From Nageia nagi (lineage: Eukaryota; Plantae; Pinophyta), in contig JBITNC010000001.1 of NCBI GenBank assembly GCA_050084985.1, forward strand, positions 67,766,001 through 67,830,000: a stretch of 64,000 bases of DNA. The letters run 5' to 3'. A program made the position numbers and the translations under genes. This document shows positions 27,601-40,326 of this stretch, piece by piece; positions within the stretch are counted from its first letter, which is position 1; every line of letters begins with the position of its first letter. A model generated the notes under the pieces. It worked only from the letters and a program-made list of their open reading frames with translations, had not been told where the DNA came from and did not search any database.

Positions 27601-30600
27601 CTGTTCAAAGATGCCCACAAAAAAGGAAGTGATGAAATACCCTTGAAGTCAATATTACAATTGTAACCATTTGTACAATGGCAATAAGATTTGGTGGGTC
27701 CAACTGCTAAATATAACACTAGGTTTGTCATTATACGGAGAGAAGTATCTAACTATATAGGTTGAGGCACAACCAAAAACTGAAATGCAGTCATAACCAG
27801 AAAGGTTTTTTAGAACATCAGTACAAGATTTCAGTGCCCTATCATAATCAAGTATCATAGAAGAATCCACTATCATCCCTAAGTTCAAGATTTCAATCAA
27901 ATTTTAAAAATAGCACTGAATAAGGTCTAGAATGCTGAGAGCCCAGATTGTTGTGAAAGGATCCGCATAGCTTTTATGGGTATATTGAATAGCACCTAAA
28001 TAAGAAAACTAAATTTCAGTTACTGGGTGGCATTGGTGTTAAAATCCAGTTGAATATGTGTTCCGACGTCTAAAAATGTTGCTACCAGGACGAGTGATGA
28101 TTGAGACTTTGGGGTCAAGTATCTTCAATTTGGATCAGTTGCAAAAACATGTTTCCAATGCCCTGCAATCAGTTGTGCCGTAAATGAGGTGACTGAAGGC
28201 ATGCCATGACACAATATAAAGACCAAGTCCTTTTGTTTGATAGCAAGCACAAGGGAAGCCCATGGAAGCTCAAAATCAAATGGATATCCCGTATTGACAG
28301 ACATGTAACAAATAAGATGAAAAATTTGGATGACGAATTTGGACTTTGTGAGTTCAACAACAGTGAATGTTGATAAAGCGACATAAGTTACTTTTGCAAG
28401 CGCTAGTCCTTTTAAGTTCTAGAAATTAGTACATCACATTAGTGAGACGATAAAGCGAAATAACAAAGTAAAAGGTCTCACTAACGGGTTATCTTCTACA
28501 GGATGCTTGTTAGGGAGTTGTAAATACCCCAAAAAAACCTATATCCCCGGAGAAGAATTGACAATAGAAAACACACATTTTTAAAAAGAGATAGAGAAAA
28601 CTTCAGAAACAAACAAATAAATACATTAGAGTAATGTGTTTTCATTTTAAACAGAATATGGTATAAAGATGAAAGACACATGCATTTCATGTCTAAATGC
28701 TAGGTTGAAAAATATTCAATCTACTAAACATATGTCAGTTAAAAAGATTAGTCATTTAGAAAATTCTAGAAAGTTAGGATTCAAAAAGCCTAAAAAATGA
28801 CCCACGGTTACCACAGTGATCAAACCTGACATTACTGTTGAGCATATTGTATTGCTATATGACTGGTATTATACACGCATACATATATGTATAGATAGAT
28901 GGATGTAAGGGTAAAATTCCTGTCTAAATCTGTAAGGAACACTGAACAGAATATATATAAAACAAGGATTCAATTTTATGCTCCATCCCACAGGATTTCT
29001 ATATGAGCTACATGTAATACAGCAAAAGGCACTCATCAATAGTAAACATGAGCATTTTTTTATTAATTCAATATCCAATAACTACATTTCCCAAGAAGAA
29101 CGGAATTATGCTTCTACTAATCCATTAATAGGCAAATTCTGTTATTAAAAGACTTTTATACGGTAGCAGCATTAGAACAATATTTTCAGCATATATAATT
29201 GTCATCCAACTTATCAGCTACAAATTATACCAGAGTAATCACATCTACGAGACAGAGAAAAATCAACAGTGCGTACCATTATCCCTGCTAAAGCACCTAT
29301 TGCACCTCCCAAAGAATGTCCAACAAACCGCAATGCATACCCTTGACACTCTCCATCAGGTCCTAACAATGATGAAAGGAGTCCTGTTTTCTGATGATGT
29401 GAAACATCTTGAGAACTTGCTATATTTCAAACGAATGAGCCGCATTGAAAATGAAATTTGTAAGATACAAAATATAGTATAAATTTGTCTTATACCATCT
29501 GATAGGCCTCCCTGGATTCAAAAACAAATTAACAATGAAATAATGTTATTCAGTAAATATTATGGTATCTTTAGAGCCCCTATTTCTATCATACAAGAAA
29601 AAGACCGACATGCTTTGTCATGTATATTTTAAATTTGCTCAGGAACAAGTACTTCTAGTTCTAATCAATGGGAAATACATCAGCACAATAAATATGCAGC
29701 AACATCGTTTTATTACACTCCCAAATCCTGATGTGGATATAATAAAATAAATTGCATCCTCTACAGGATAAAGTATGACTTCACAAAATCAAATGAATAG
29801 AGAAAATCTTCAAAATGACCTCACTGTAAATATTTTTTTAGTTTCATAGACCACCTGTGTACAGAAATGAAATCTTAGAATCATTATATCTCCATGAACC
29901 CAATCCAAGGATTAATTAGTTCAATACAGACATTCTACATTTATAAAAATGACAAATTTCCACTAATGCTAACCTCTTTCTCATAGAAAATGCGTTTATT
30001 TCATACATAGACCAATAGTAACAAGAATTAATAGACTAGCTTGAAAAATCAAATCTTCAATACTCTAGCCAAAGCCCTACACTGAAAGAGAAGTGACTGT
30101 AACGAAACATTCAGATTTACAAGATACAGTGAGTCCCCTACCTCCAGGGACATCACAACTCCCACAGGTTTGATCTAAAGCCATCTGATATCCGTCTTCT
30201 GAATTTCCATCTAATTGCATACAGAGATCTCTAGCCGCTTCGACTATTCCCGAATGCCCAAAGTGAGGGAATGATAAGGCAACACGTTCCTCTACATTTT
30301 CTTCCAAGGCATTGCTCCTACAAAACCATGAAATGGGAATTGTCAAGTGCTTACCAAGCCTGAAAATATGAGAAATATAGTACAGAAAGTATATATAGAT
30401 AAAAATGTACATGAATATACATATGTAAAACATAACATCAATCCTTCTCTCAAAGATCAATTGCTTTCACATATCAGTTTTACATAAATAATAATTAGAA
30501 AGCAGTACGAACTGAAATGAACATTTGCTTCTGCAAATAGCACACAGTAGGTTTCCATTGTCTAATCTGTATCTGTCATGGAACTTCAATATCAAAAGTC

Positions 30601-30639
30601 TATTTGTTTTCTATTATGGGCAATTTACTTGTCCATCAA

Positions 30640-31120
30640 TAATTACACCAAGGCGTTTCCTTACCAAAGCAGGGGCTTGGATATTCATTGTAGTATTTAA
30701 GTCAGACTCCCGCGTTCATTTACTGGTTGCCCACGACATGTTGTTTACGCCGAAACTGTTTCTTTACAGATAAGAGCCTTCCCATTTTAATCCCACGGCT
30801 AAAATTGCATTTGCAGGGGGCGGTTGATGCTGGTTACATGTGGGAGTGCATCGGGGCCGTCTATGGCATTTTTCCAACTGGTATTAGGATTGGCTTGAAT
30901 GTAATACCTAAGTCAGATTACACGCGGTTGTTTGCTGATTGTCCACGCCAAATAGCTGTTATGCATTGTGGACACCTTGAAGATATTAAAGACTTCAATT
31001 ATGTTTATGTATGGAAGCTGACACGTCAAGCATGCACACATACAGGTGTTTTCGGATATTCGCAGCATTTGAATGTTGTAGACATTCCTTGTTGGTTGCA
31101 TCTCATATGAGAATGATAAT
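30640..31120 (+). mobile_element. Possible LINE ORF2 C-terminal fragment in a lipase intron
   Basis: GC-richer, coding-like island containing a HCGHLEDIK Cys/His-like segment; weak support. Confidence 0.3.
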
Positions 31121-33364
31121 GTTGAGAATGTTCTTAACTAATGTCGTTGAGATATTGTCCTTCAGCTTTTGTGGGTATTTGTAGGAAGTAGAGGAAGAAA
31201 GTTAGTTTCAGGGCAGTGCTTACTTCAAGATTGCGAAAACAGCTTAAGACTCTATTGCATGCCTTCACGAATAATTTTCTTAATGAATTCAACATTGGAT
31301 GTTCTTTAGGTATGTGAACATCTGAAGTATGCAGATCATGAAAAACCACACAAGAATTCATCTTGAATTCAAATAGTTTGCAATAACTCTCTATTTCAAG
31401 TTCACCCAACTGTGGACACTTTGCTCTCAATTATTCCACGTAACAGCAGTACACTATTTTCAAGGAGTCGAGATGGGCAGGCTCAATTTTCAAATTAATT
31501 AATTCCCAAGTCTTTGGAAGCACCAATTTATGAAGAAGTAGACATAATCCTATGACCTGTTTTGAGTCCGAATTTGTTTTTGACAATATGCATGATGCAA
31601 ACACAATTTCATCGATTGCAATGATCCCAGGAGTTTTCTGAAAACGCTCTACACACTTTTAAGCACATGCAATTGATGCGCACAGAGTTTCATGCTGAAA
31701 ACATTTCACTTTTATACTATGACTACATTGTTATGAAGGTAAAATACGATTATTGGAACAGAGAGTTGCAAACTTTACCAATCACCCACAGACTCCATAA
31801 CAGGAAAATAATATGTTAGCAGACATGGAACATTAAGAGGATGATATGCAGAGAATGGGTTTTCTGAAAAGGCTCTGCAGACTGTTAAGCAGATGCAATT
31901 GTGATGTGTAAAGCGAAATTCTCAAACCTCTGCGACCATTCTTCCACCATGTGCCATTGTGGGAGTTGTACTTGGCCATCCACGGTAGTTGGAGAAAGCT
32001 TTCAATTTCATAATGAGGATGACCATTAAACCTGAATCACTTTTGTGAATTTGTGTGGATGGTGTTTGTGGATCACATAAGAACGTAGGAATAGGAGAAT
32101 TTGTAGCAACAATACTTTTTTTTTGGAGCCTGAATATGGTAAATTTTATGTTATGTCCATCAAACAATAGATGGAAATGGCTTTTGATGGAATGTTGTGG
32201 TTGTCAACGATTAATCACGAGTCTTGAGTCAGGTGACTCAAAACGAGTAATCACAACCCAACTCAGTGAGTTTTTTCCATTTTGCAATTTTTGACGAGTT
32301 TTAAAGCAAATTCTCATCTTTTTGGAAAACCATTTTTTTGGGGTCAAAAAAATTTTCTTCATGTTTCCAAGTCAAAAGCCAAACGAGTTCATCTGATAAC
32401 TATGATCGAGACAGGTTAGTCTTGTTCAGAAAGGTTTTGCAGCTAGCATTGGATATTCAACTCGTATGATCTAAGATCGTTATAGTTATCTTAATGAAGA
32501 TAAGTGCTTTAGAAGCATCTCTTACAGCATGCTTGAAAATTCTATGGATACCCTCGAACTAGTCAATTGGCCAGTATAACATATATAGAAATGGTAGCAA
32601 TGTGTAAAAACAGGATCCTCCAGGATTGTAAATTATATGTTCAAAGAAACACTCACAATTATAATTATCCATTGTAATGCTCAACAATACAAAAGCAATA
32701 AAATCCCCTTACTTGACCAGTCCATACAAGTCTGATTCTGAAAGCATGCATTCCCTACAAAGGCCATCTGCCAAAAGATCTTCAGGAGTTTCAGTTCCTC
32801 GAACAGAAATGATAACACATCGCAAGTGGTGTGCAACCACAACAAAATATGCAGCTTCTCGTCTTGCCTGAAAAACTTACAATCTATAAAATATTAAGGA
32901 GAAATGTTCAATATGCACTACCTGCGAACTTTGAAGAGTAATATTAAAAAGCATAAAACAGCTAAACAAGTCAACAAACTATGATGCAAATGCAATTAAC
33001 TCTTTATATTACCAAGCAAAAAAAAACCATTTATCGTACATATAATTTAAAACATCAAAAAAAGCAAAAAGATTATCCTACAGATATCAGACGCTCTACG
33101 AATTTCTTGTAAATACACAAACTTGGTTATGATATAAAAAAAAAAACAGCACAAGATAGAATGAAGATATCAATATTGCAATTGATGTTAACTATTAATT
33201 CTCACACAGTGGCCACATCTAAAAGTAATCCCTGATAAAAGTGAAGTAGCCAAACGAATAAGAAGGAATTAAATATTTCATGATCTCAGGGAAAACATTA
33301 AAAACACCTCATTCTTGTCAGATCGTTTCAAAACCAATGTTTCGTGCCTTCTAAAATTTAGCAA

Positions 33365-33730
33365 AATGGAGAATGCCACCAGAAGGTTGTTACAAGCTAA
33401 ACTTCTAAGGAATACAAGAAGAGTTCCAGTAGAGGCAGAGAAGGACTAATTCGAAACTCAAAAGGAAGATATGACAATTACAAATTTACATATATCATTC
33501 AACATGCCCCACACAACTTATAACGAGGAGGTAGCTAAAGTGTTCATTCAAGAAATCAAAATGGCTATGCAACAGAACATTCAAACCTTACTCATCAAAA
33601 GAGACTCTGAGATCATAATAAATGATTTAAGGCACTAGATCCAGATCCTAGATATTAAATGTGCCTGCTGGGATGGTAACTAACCTGCTAACATCCTAGC
33701 TAAACACGCCTCAGAATTCCAAACAGATAG
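33365..33730 (+). mobile_element. L1 LINE RNase H-like remnant
   Basis: GCYKLNF...GLIRNSKGR...IKMAMQQNIQTLLIKRDSEIIINDLR matches the plant L1 RNase H pattern (KLNFDG...G.IRD..G...L.IEGDS..IIN.L). Confidence 0.65.
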
Positions 33731-33949
33731 GCAACCCCAGTTCCCTTACATAACACATTGGCAAGAATTTGGAGAAACTCTTCGTATGTACTCCATTGCG
33801 CCCATGCAATGAAAAACATGTTTAGAGAGAAAAAGGGAAAAACATAAAAATGTTTTTGACAATATCATAATAGTTTCAAGTCTTACCTACCAAGAAATTA
33901 TAATAATTTCAGGTCTTCAATAGTGACTATGATCACCAGTATCTTTTGT

Positions 33950-34918
33950 AAGGTTGGTATTCTCATACTAACATTTAAGTAGATATTAAAATCACAAATA
34001 TCTTTTGGAAGGTTGTTCTTCTGAAGAATAGCAGGTGGGATTCAAGCATGATTTTCAGACAACTATCACGTCTTTAATTGTTAAGCAATAATTGCAGAAG
34101 CCCAACAAAGATATAATAAAGTTAGGAAGATCTTTTCGTTCGAATATCTTAACCTCATAATGAATTTTCATGTTGATCATTACCAACAGATTGAGAATGG
34201 TATCATCGCTCTTCCAAACTATGTATAGCAGCATTGACCCAACAACCTCAAGATCCTTCCGGATAGGTCAGTACTTGCTCGCACACATTGTGAATTGAGA
34301 CAACCCACAATATCCCCAAGGACAATAGGATATACCACCTCTTCTCCCTTTGGAAGGTATTGACTGAAGAACATCTCATGTTCAGGAAACCTTTCATATC
34401 TAACTAAGCTTTCTTGAAGCACAAGAATAATCGCCTTATTTCCTCCTGCATCTATCCCATGAAGAAGCCTAAAAGTCCACGTGATGATGAACAATTAAAC
34501 GAGCTTATAAGCACATAATACAAGGCAAGCACAGTTGTTCTACAGACTAAGCAGCCATTGCAGACAAACATTAACGAATTCCTATCTTCCTCCAAAGGAA
34601 TTTTTGATATAGGATGGTAAAGCTTGAGGATCTGTTCCCTGGGTCCTCACAGTCCTAGCCAATCTCTTCTTAGTGTCATCAGATCAGTGCAACTTTCCTA
34701 CCACCCAACATGTAAGCATTAAGTAGACTCATTTTGCTACTTTCAACGACAAGTATTGTTGCATGTTATTTTAATACATTTCATGTTTCTACTAAGTTGT
34801 GATAGATCTTTCTCTTTATTAGTTTAGTAGCCCCTTTGGGCTTCAGAAATACCTTGTATAATCTCTTTGGTCCTTTTGACCTGTTTTGGTGAGTAATTCA
34901 ACATTATTAAAAAACAAT
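33950..34918 (+). mobile_element. Degraded LINE 3' end
   Basis: KVLTEEHL zf-RVT-like remnant near 34355; T-rich 3' UTR ending in ATTAAAAAA. Confidence 0.4.
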
Positions 34919-37904
34919 AATATTTCCCTTCTAATTCATCTATCTCTGTGTTAAAACTTAAAAGTATAACTCAAAGAAGCTTCAATAATTATAAAGTCAA
35001 GTCTTCATTTTGTTGCTTGATAAAACACAATGTTTACTTTTGTATCATCTTTGAACACTATTAAATAGAGAAGAATTTCATCCAAAATATAGCATAGGAG
35101 AGAATCATAGTTTGAAATATATAGTATTACTCACTTGATGAACACGTCCTTTACGCTAGCATTGGGGGGAAGATTTAAATATTTTAGAATTGTTGCTGCA
35201 TGGCCCCGCCACCAATTATCACCCTCTAGTACAGGTCGCCTACAAATATAGAAAATCAAGAATCGTAAGTAAACGATGAGGAGATAAACTGCTTGTCAAG
35301 AAACCATACATGCAATCAAAACCTTACAAAATATATGTGCTGATGTGGTTCCATAAGACACTGGCCATAACTGTAATGCACTAGTGTTTCTTGCTACAGC
35401 TTAAACTAATAGATGCTAGAAGTTTATAAAAATAAACAATACAGGGCATAAAACAAGATAACCTGCTACGGCTCCAAGGGGTTAAAATACCCTGCCGATA
35501 TAGCCATACGCAAGGAAATAAAATTGGATTTCTTCCAACATCAAGCAAGGGACCCTGCATGAAATAAATTAGGTAAAAATATTAAATGTGTCATTCCAAA
35601 TGCGAGATTAAAAGTTTGCAGTGATCCTAAAATGGTAAATAATATATTGCCATACTGTATATGCAGCTTCAGCAAATGGATGTAGGATTACTGCTTCTTG
35701 AAGCTTATCTTCAGGTGCCTCAGCAAACTGCTCCAAAGGAGGTAATACAGGCCGTTGTATCTGCAACAGGACAAAACCTGTATTAAAACACTCCTCACCA
35801 AACCTGACCAAAAATGTCATGCAATAATAAGGTCTACTAATAGTGAAAAAAGTAACATTAGACTAAGAGCAAACAAGCCAAGAAGATTTACGCTGAAATT
35901 ACAAGTTACAACAATGGGTATCCAATATTCATTGATTACAAGAATCCAATGATGTACCCCACATATTGATCTGAAATGTCAATCTTTAAAAATCTTGATG
36001 CAGGTCAAGCGAATAAATTTGAAAGAAATATCAGGCATTACGACTAATATTTGAAGGGACTTAAGGAGGTAACATTCAAATTGATTGTACATGCATTGAT
36101 ATAACCAACCATATATATTGAAAATATTAACGCCTAAAGATACAAAATTTACAACATTTGTCCTGCTGATGGATAGATATTTTATTTAAATTGCTAATTC
36201 CAACAAAAAACCCCTAAAGATATTTGATATTGTTTGTGAACGAAGACATATATCAATGATTTGTTGTATCCAACATGGGTATCAACAATATCAAATGGAT
36301 GTATGGGCCTCTCATCGGTAGAGATAGGATGAATGGAGATGATCAACCCGGTGATTAATTTTGGTTCCACATATCTCCTACGAGGACCAGCATATAGGAA
36401 TTTCCCAAAGCCAAACAACACCTTTGACCAAGGAAGCAAACTAAAGTGGCATTGGAAGATGAAATGTTTTCAGTCTCCATCACTTTAATGGAACAAAGGT
36501 TCCATATTCTGAAGAAAAGATGGTCCATCTCAATTCACAACAAGTGGGAACACACACTGAGCTAGTCAGTAAGCACACATCTAAACAAATGATCATGTTG
36601 GGGTGTTTTTCTTTCCTACCCTGGAGCAGTGAGTAAAACGCCAACACCTCAGGTGAAGGGACGTTACTCCCTCCCGCAATGGGGACCGGTTACCCCAAAG
36701 GTTAGCTTCACGACTCGGTGAGGATAACTCAGGGAATGGCTGAGATGTTTAAAGCTGCCACCAACATGAATATCATGTGTGGATTCAAAGACTCGAATCG
36801 TCTTTGTAGCCAATCTAAGTTGTTTCTAGAAAATGCTAAAGAGAAATAAGGGGTGCGAAAATCGTGGAAAAAAAGTGTAAAATAAAATAAAGGAAAAAGT
36901 GGTGGAAAGACTATGGGTAGTGAGATGCAACTGTAGACATGTGTACTCACAGACTTGGGATAAGGTCCTCAAAAGTCATCTTGCTAGGTCTCAGCATAGG
37001 TTCCACGCACCCTTGATCCGTCCCACTAGCCAACAACATGAATGGTCTAGTGGAAGGAGCGTGAAGCTGTGGCAAGGATGGAATAGGATGGGTGAAGGTG
37101 ACACTCAACAATCCAGGTGAAGTTCCTACTATGAGCGACATCAACAAGACATCTTGAGGTATCCAAACCTAAGATTGCAAATGACAAAATATCACGAATA
37201 AGGTGCTAATCAACCACTTCATAAAATATACAAGCATTCTCTTGTCCACCCCAACTGGAATTTACAAGATGCACCAAGTGATTAAAATCAACACAAAGCA
37301 GTGATAGAACAAACTAGACAGTAGTGTCAATCATTCATCCAAATTTAGCATTACAACATGAGAAGCATTTTGTCTCAATTACATATACATACACCACATT
37401 TAACAACTTAGAGAATTTTTGGTCTAGCAAGCAAAAGTTCCTTTCAATTGTTAAAAGTGTCAATTCCCTCCTACAAATAAATCAAAATGGGGTATAAACA
37501 GTTTTGGAGCAACCATCAATGTTGTCCTAACCGTAATTACGGGTTCCAAGAAAAATAAATGTGGTCCAATAATAAAGTCCACATGGCATTACAAAATTCA
37601 TTCCAGCACTTTGTGGGAGCAAATCCTCATCCGTCACAAGGTTGTACAAATTTTAATAAGTCTTTGGAATCTAAATTTAAAGTGAAATTGCAATAAAATA
37701 AATAAAAATGTTGCAAATGCAACATGCCGTTGTGCTCTTTTGGTATTGTTATGCTCGTGTATCTCCCTTGCCTTTGCAACATTGGACTTGACCTGTTCAT
37801 CTTTTGAGCACCTACAAGGACAAATTGGTAGCCTCCATGTATCACTGGGATGACTTGGGAATGTCTTTGAAATTTGGCCATCTTGAGTGTATGTCCCAAA
37901 CTTA

Positions 37905-38942
37905 GAACATGCCAGAGAAAGACAAGATTTTGTCTTTTGAAACGGTGCTCCCAACTCTCTCCTAGGATAGAAGCATGTCGAAAAAAGACAAGATTTTGTC
38001 TTTTGAAATGGTGCTCCCAACTCTCTCCTAAGCTAGGAGCATGCTACAGAAAGACAAGATTTTGTCTTTTGAAACAATGCTCCCAACTCTCTCTTGAGCT
38101 AGATGTGACCTGAACTTGCTCGTTTTTGCTCATCTTGGCATCCCAGCTTGCCCATTTTTCTCAACGGTCCTACCCAAAGGCCTCTCCAAGCCTGGCGCAT
38201 GATTTCAAAAGACAAGATTTTGTCTTTTGAAATGCACTCCAATCTCTTCGGCTCTTCCAGTCTAGGCGCATGATCCAAAAAGTTATGATCTTGTCTTCTT
38301 GAGGCATGCGTTGGGTTGTAGGTGGCTAGATTTGCTTCATTTTGGTCTTTTGCTCCTGATACTTAGCCATATTTTCAAGTTCATTCCATCTTGGTGCCTT
38401 TCCAGGCTTGGCGCATGCTCCCAAAAGTCAAGAATTTGTCTTTTTGAGGCATGCGCCAAAACCTCTAGTCATGATGGAGCGGGATCCAAGGTTCAAGACT
38501 CCATGCCTTAGCCAATTTTTCCATTTCGTCTCATCTGGAAGCCTTCCTGGGCTTGGCACATGCTCCCAAAAGACAAGAATTTGTCTTTTTGAGGCATACA
38601 CCAGCCTCCTGGGTGAGTGCACTTCGTCTTCCTGAGTCCCAAGTTCATTCTGGCAGCCTCCTAACTTGGGTTCATGCTCCCAAAAGACAAGATTTTGTCT
38701 TTTTGAGGCATGCGCTAGCCTTGAAATGCACTAAGTTATTGTTTTCGAGCCTTCATTTTGTCCTAGGCATCCTTTTGGGCCTAGCGCATGCCCCAAAAAG
38801 ACAAGATTTTGTCTTTTGGGAGCATGCACTAGGTCCAGGAGTGACCCAGTTTGCTCTTCTAGAATTGAACTCCAAATCGGGCGTCTTCCTGACCCGAGCG
38901 CACATCGTAGAAAGAAAAAATTTTGTCTTCCTAGAGCATGCG
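37905..38942. repeat. Array of ~10 palindromic repeats AAAAGACAA-GATT-TTGTCTTTT
   Basis: Copies near 37917, 37983, 38050, 38207, 38278, 38423, 38567, 38682, 38797 and 38910. The first three lie in ~67-bp tandem units; many are flanked by GCATGC-like arms. Confidence 0.92.
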
Positions 38943-39021
38943 TCAGGCCTAGGAGTGGCCCAAACTCACTTTGCTTGGCTCCGACTCAACTCAAGTTTCC
39001 CAATTTCACCTAAACTCAACT

Positions 39022-39503
39022 TGAAGGATTTAGACTAGATCTAAACAAATCCTCAAGGACCAAGACTAGGAAACTCAATCATACACAAGATAACACAATC
39101 ACACAAGATAACACAAGTGTAATGTGGTTCCTCCCTCCTTGGGAGTACATCCACAACTAGTATCTCAATTCTCAAGTATGCCCCTCTTACAACTATTCTC
39201 TTCCTCTCCTACACAACTAGTAGAGTAATCTTACTCCAAAAACTTAGTTATGTTACAAGAGGAGAGGCCCTCTATTTATAGCTTGAGAGCACCTCCCTAA
39301 CCTCCCTTTAACCCAAGGGTAAGGTTAGGGTTACAATAAATGTATCACCTAACTTTAACCTACCAACTAACCACTTGGTAAAGTCAAAGTCTACATATTA
39401 AAGAATTCAATTAATCCTTTAAGGTATCTACATACCCTTTAAGTGATTAATTGAATTTATAAGGAGTTTAGATATTCACAATATTTCATTACAAATTCTA
39501 ACA
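39022..39503 (-). repeat. Copia-B 3' LTR
   Basis: Adjacent to the PPT; TATAAATAGA on the minus strand at 39271-39280. Confidence 0.97.
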
Positions 39504-39988
39504 CTCCCCCTTAATGCAATATTGGGATAGAGTGTAGAAGAGAGAAGAGAGAGAGTAAGAGAGAGTTCTCCTCCATAGAGATACAAGTGGAGATGAGAAC
39601 ATTTACATATTTGAGAATCTTTTTGAAAACTAATATGAGACTCACTACATTACCATTTGATAAAAATGGTTTACAATACAATCATTAACCACAACTGGTT
39701 TCACTGTACATAGTAGTCGATCAACTTTAAGCTGACATGTGAGTCTCCATGAGCTTGCTTACATAAGGTGAGTAACCTGCATTTCTGAAGAAGATCCTGC
39801 ATGCTACAAGCAACTCATGAACAAAATCAGTTAGATGCATCATATATTCAAATAAGAGAATCAAATAATGTCATCTTATAAATAACTGATCAATGGTGCA
39901 CTATAAGTCATCACGGAGATGCCAAGCCATCACTCATAGTCACCTGTTGTATATAGACATGTGTTGATTTTTAATAGAGCATAAAAAT

Positions 39989-40281
39989 TGTACAACGAGT
40001 TTCTCACGCAGAGCAAACTCACCACGGAGGTATAGAATGTACAACAAGTTCCTCACGCAGAGCGAACTTACCACGGAGGTATATTTACTATATACTCAAA
40101 ATTTGTACAACAAGTTTCTCACGCAGAGCAAACTTACCACGGAGGTATAAAATGTACAACAAGTTTGTCACGCAGAGCAAACTTACCACTGAGGTATAAA
40201 ATAATCAACACTCTATAAAAAAAATTGTACAAGAAGTTTGTCACGCAGAGCAAACTTACCACGGAGGTATAGAATGTACAA
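39989..40281. repeat. 49-bp repeat array in the Copia-B 3' UTR (5 units plus a partial)
   Basis: TGTACAACAAGTTTCTCACGCAGAGCAAACTTACCACGGAGGTATA starts at 39989, 40038, 40104, 40153 and 40226, with a partial at 40275. Confidence 0.95.
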
Positions 40282-40326
40282 TCAAAAAGGCCTCTTAGAG
40301 GTGAAGTTGTCATCACTAACAAAAGT

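Noticed and set aside
32713-32867. Suspected frameshift in this lipase exon
   Set aside because: Recount gives 155 nt, in frame (DGLCRECMLSESDL).
37905-38942. Palindromic repeats as a CRISPR array, and the overlapping repetitive ORFs (37634-38020, 38553-39038) as genes
   Set aside because: Irregular spacing with mutually related spacers inside an LTR; the ORFs are by-products of the repeats.
39989-40281. CRISPR-like repeat/spacer appearance
   Set aside because: Eukaryotic context, inside a Copia 3' UTR; alternate units have almost no spacer; no cas genes.
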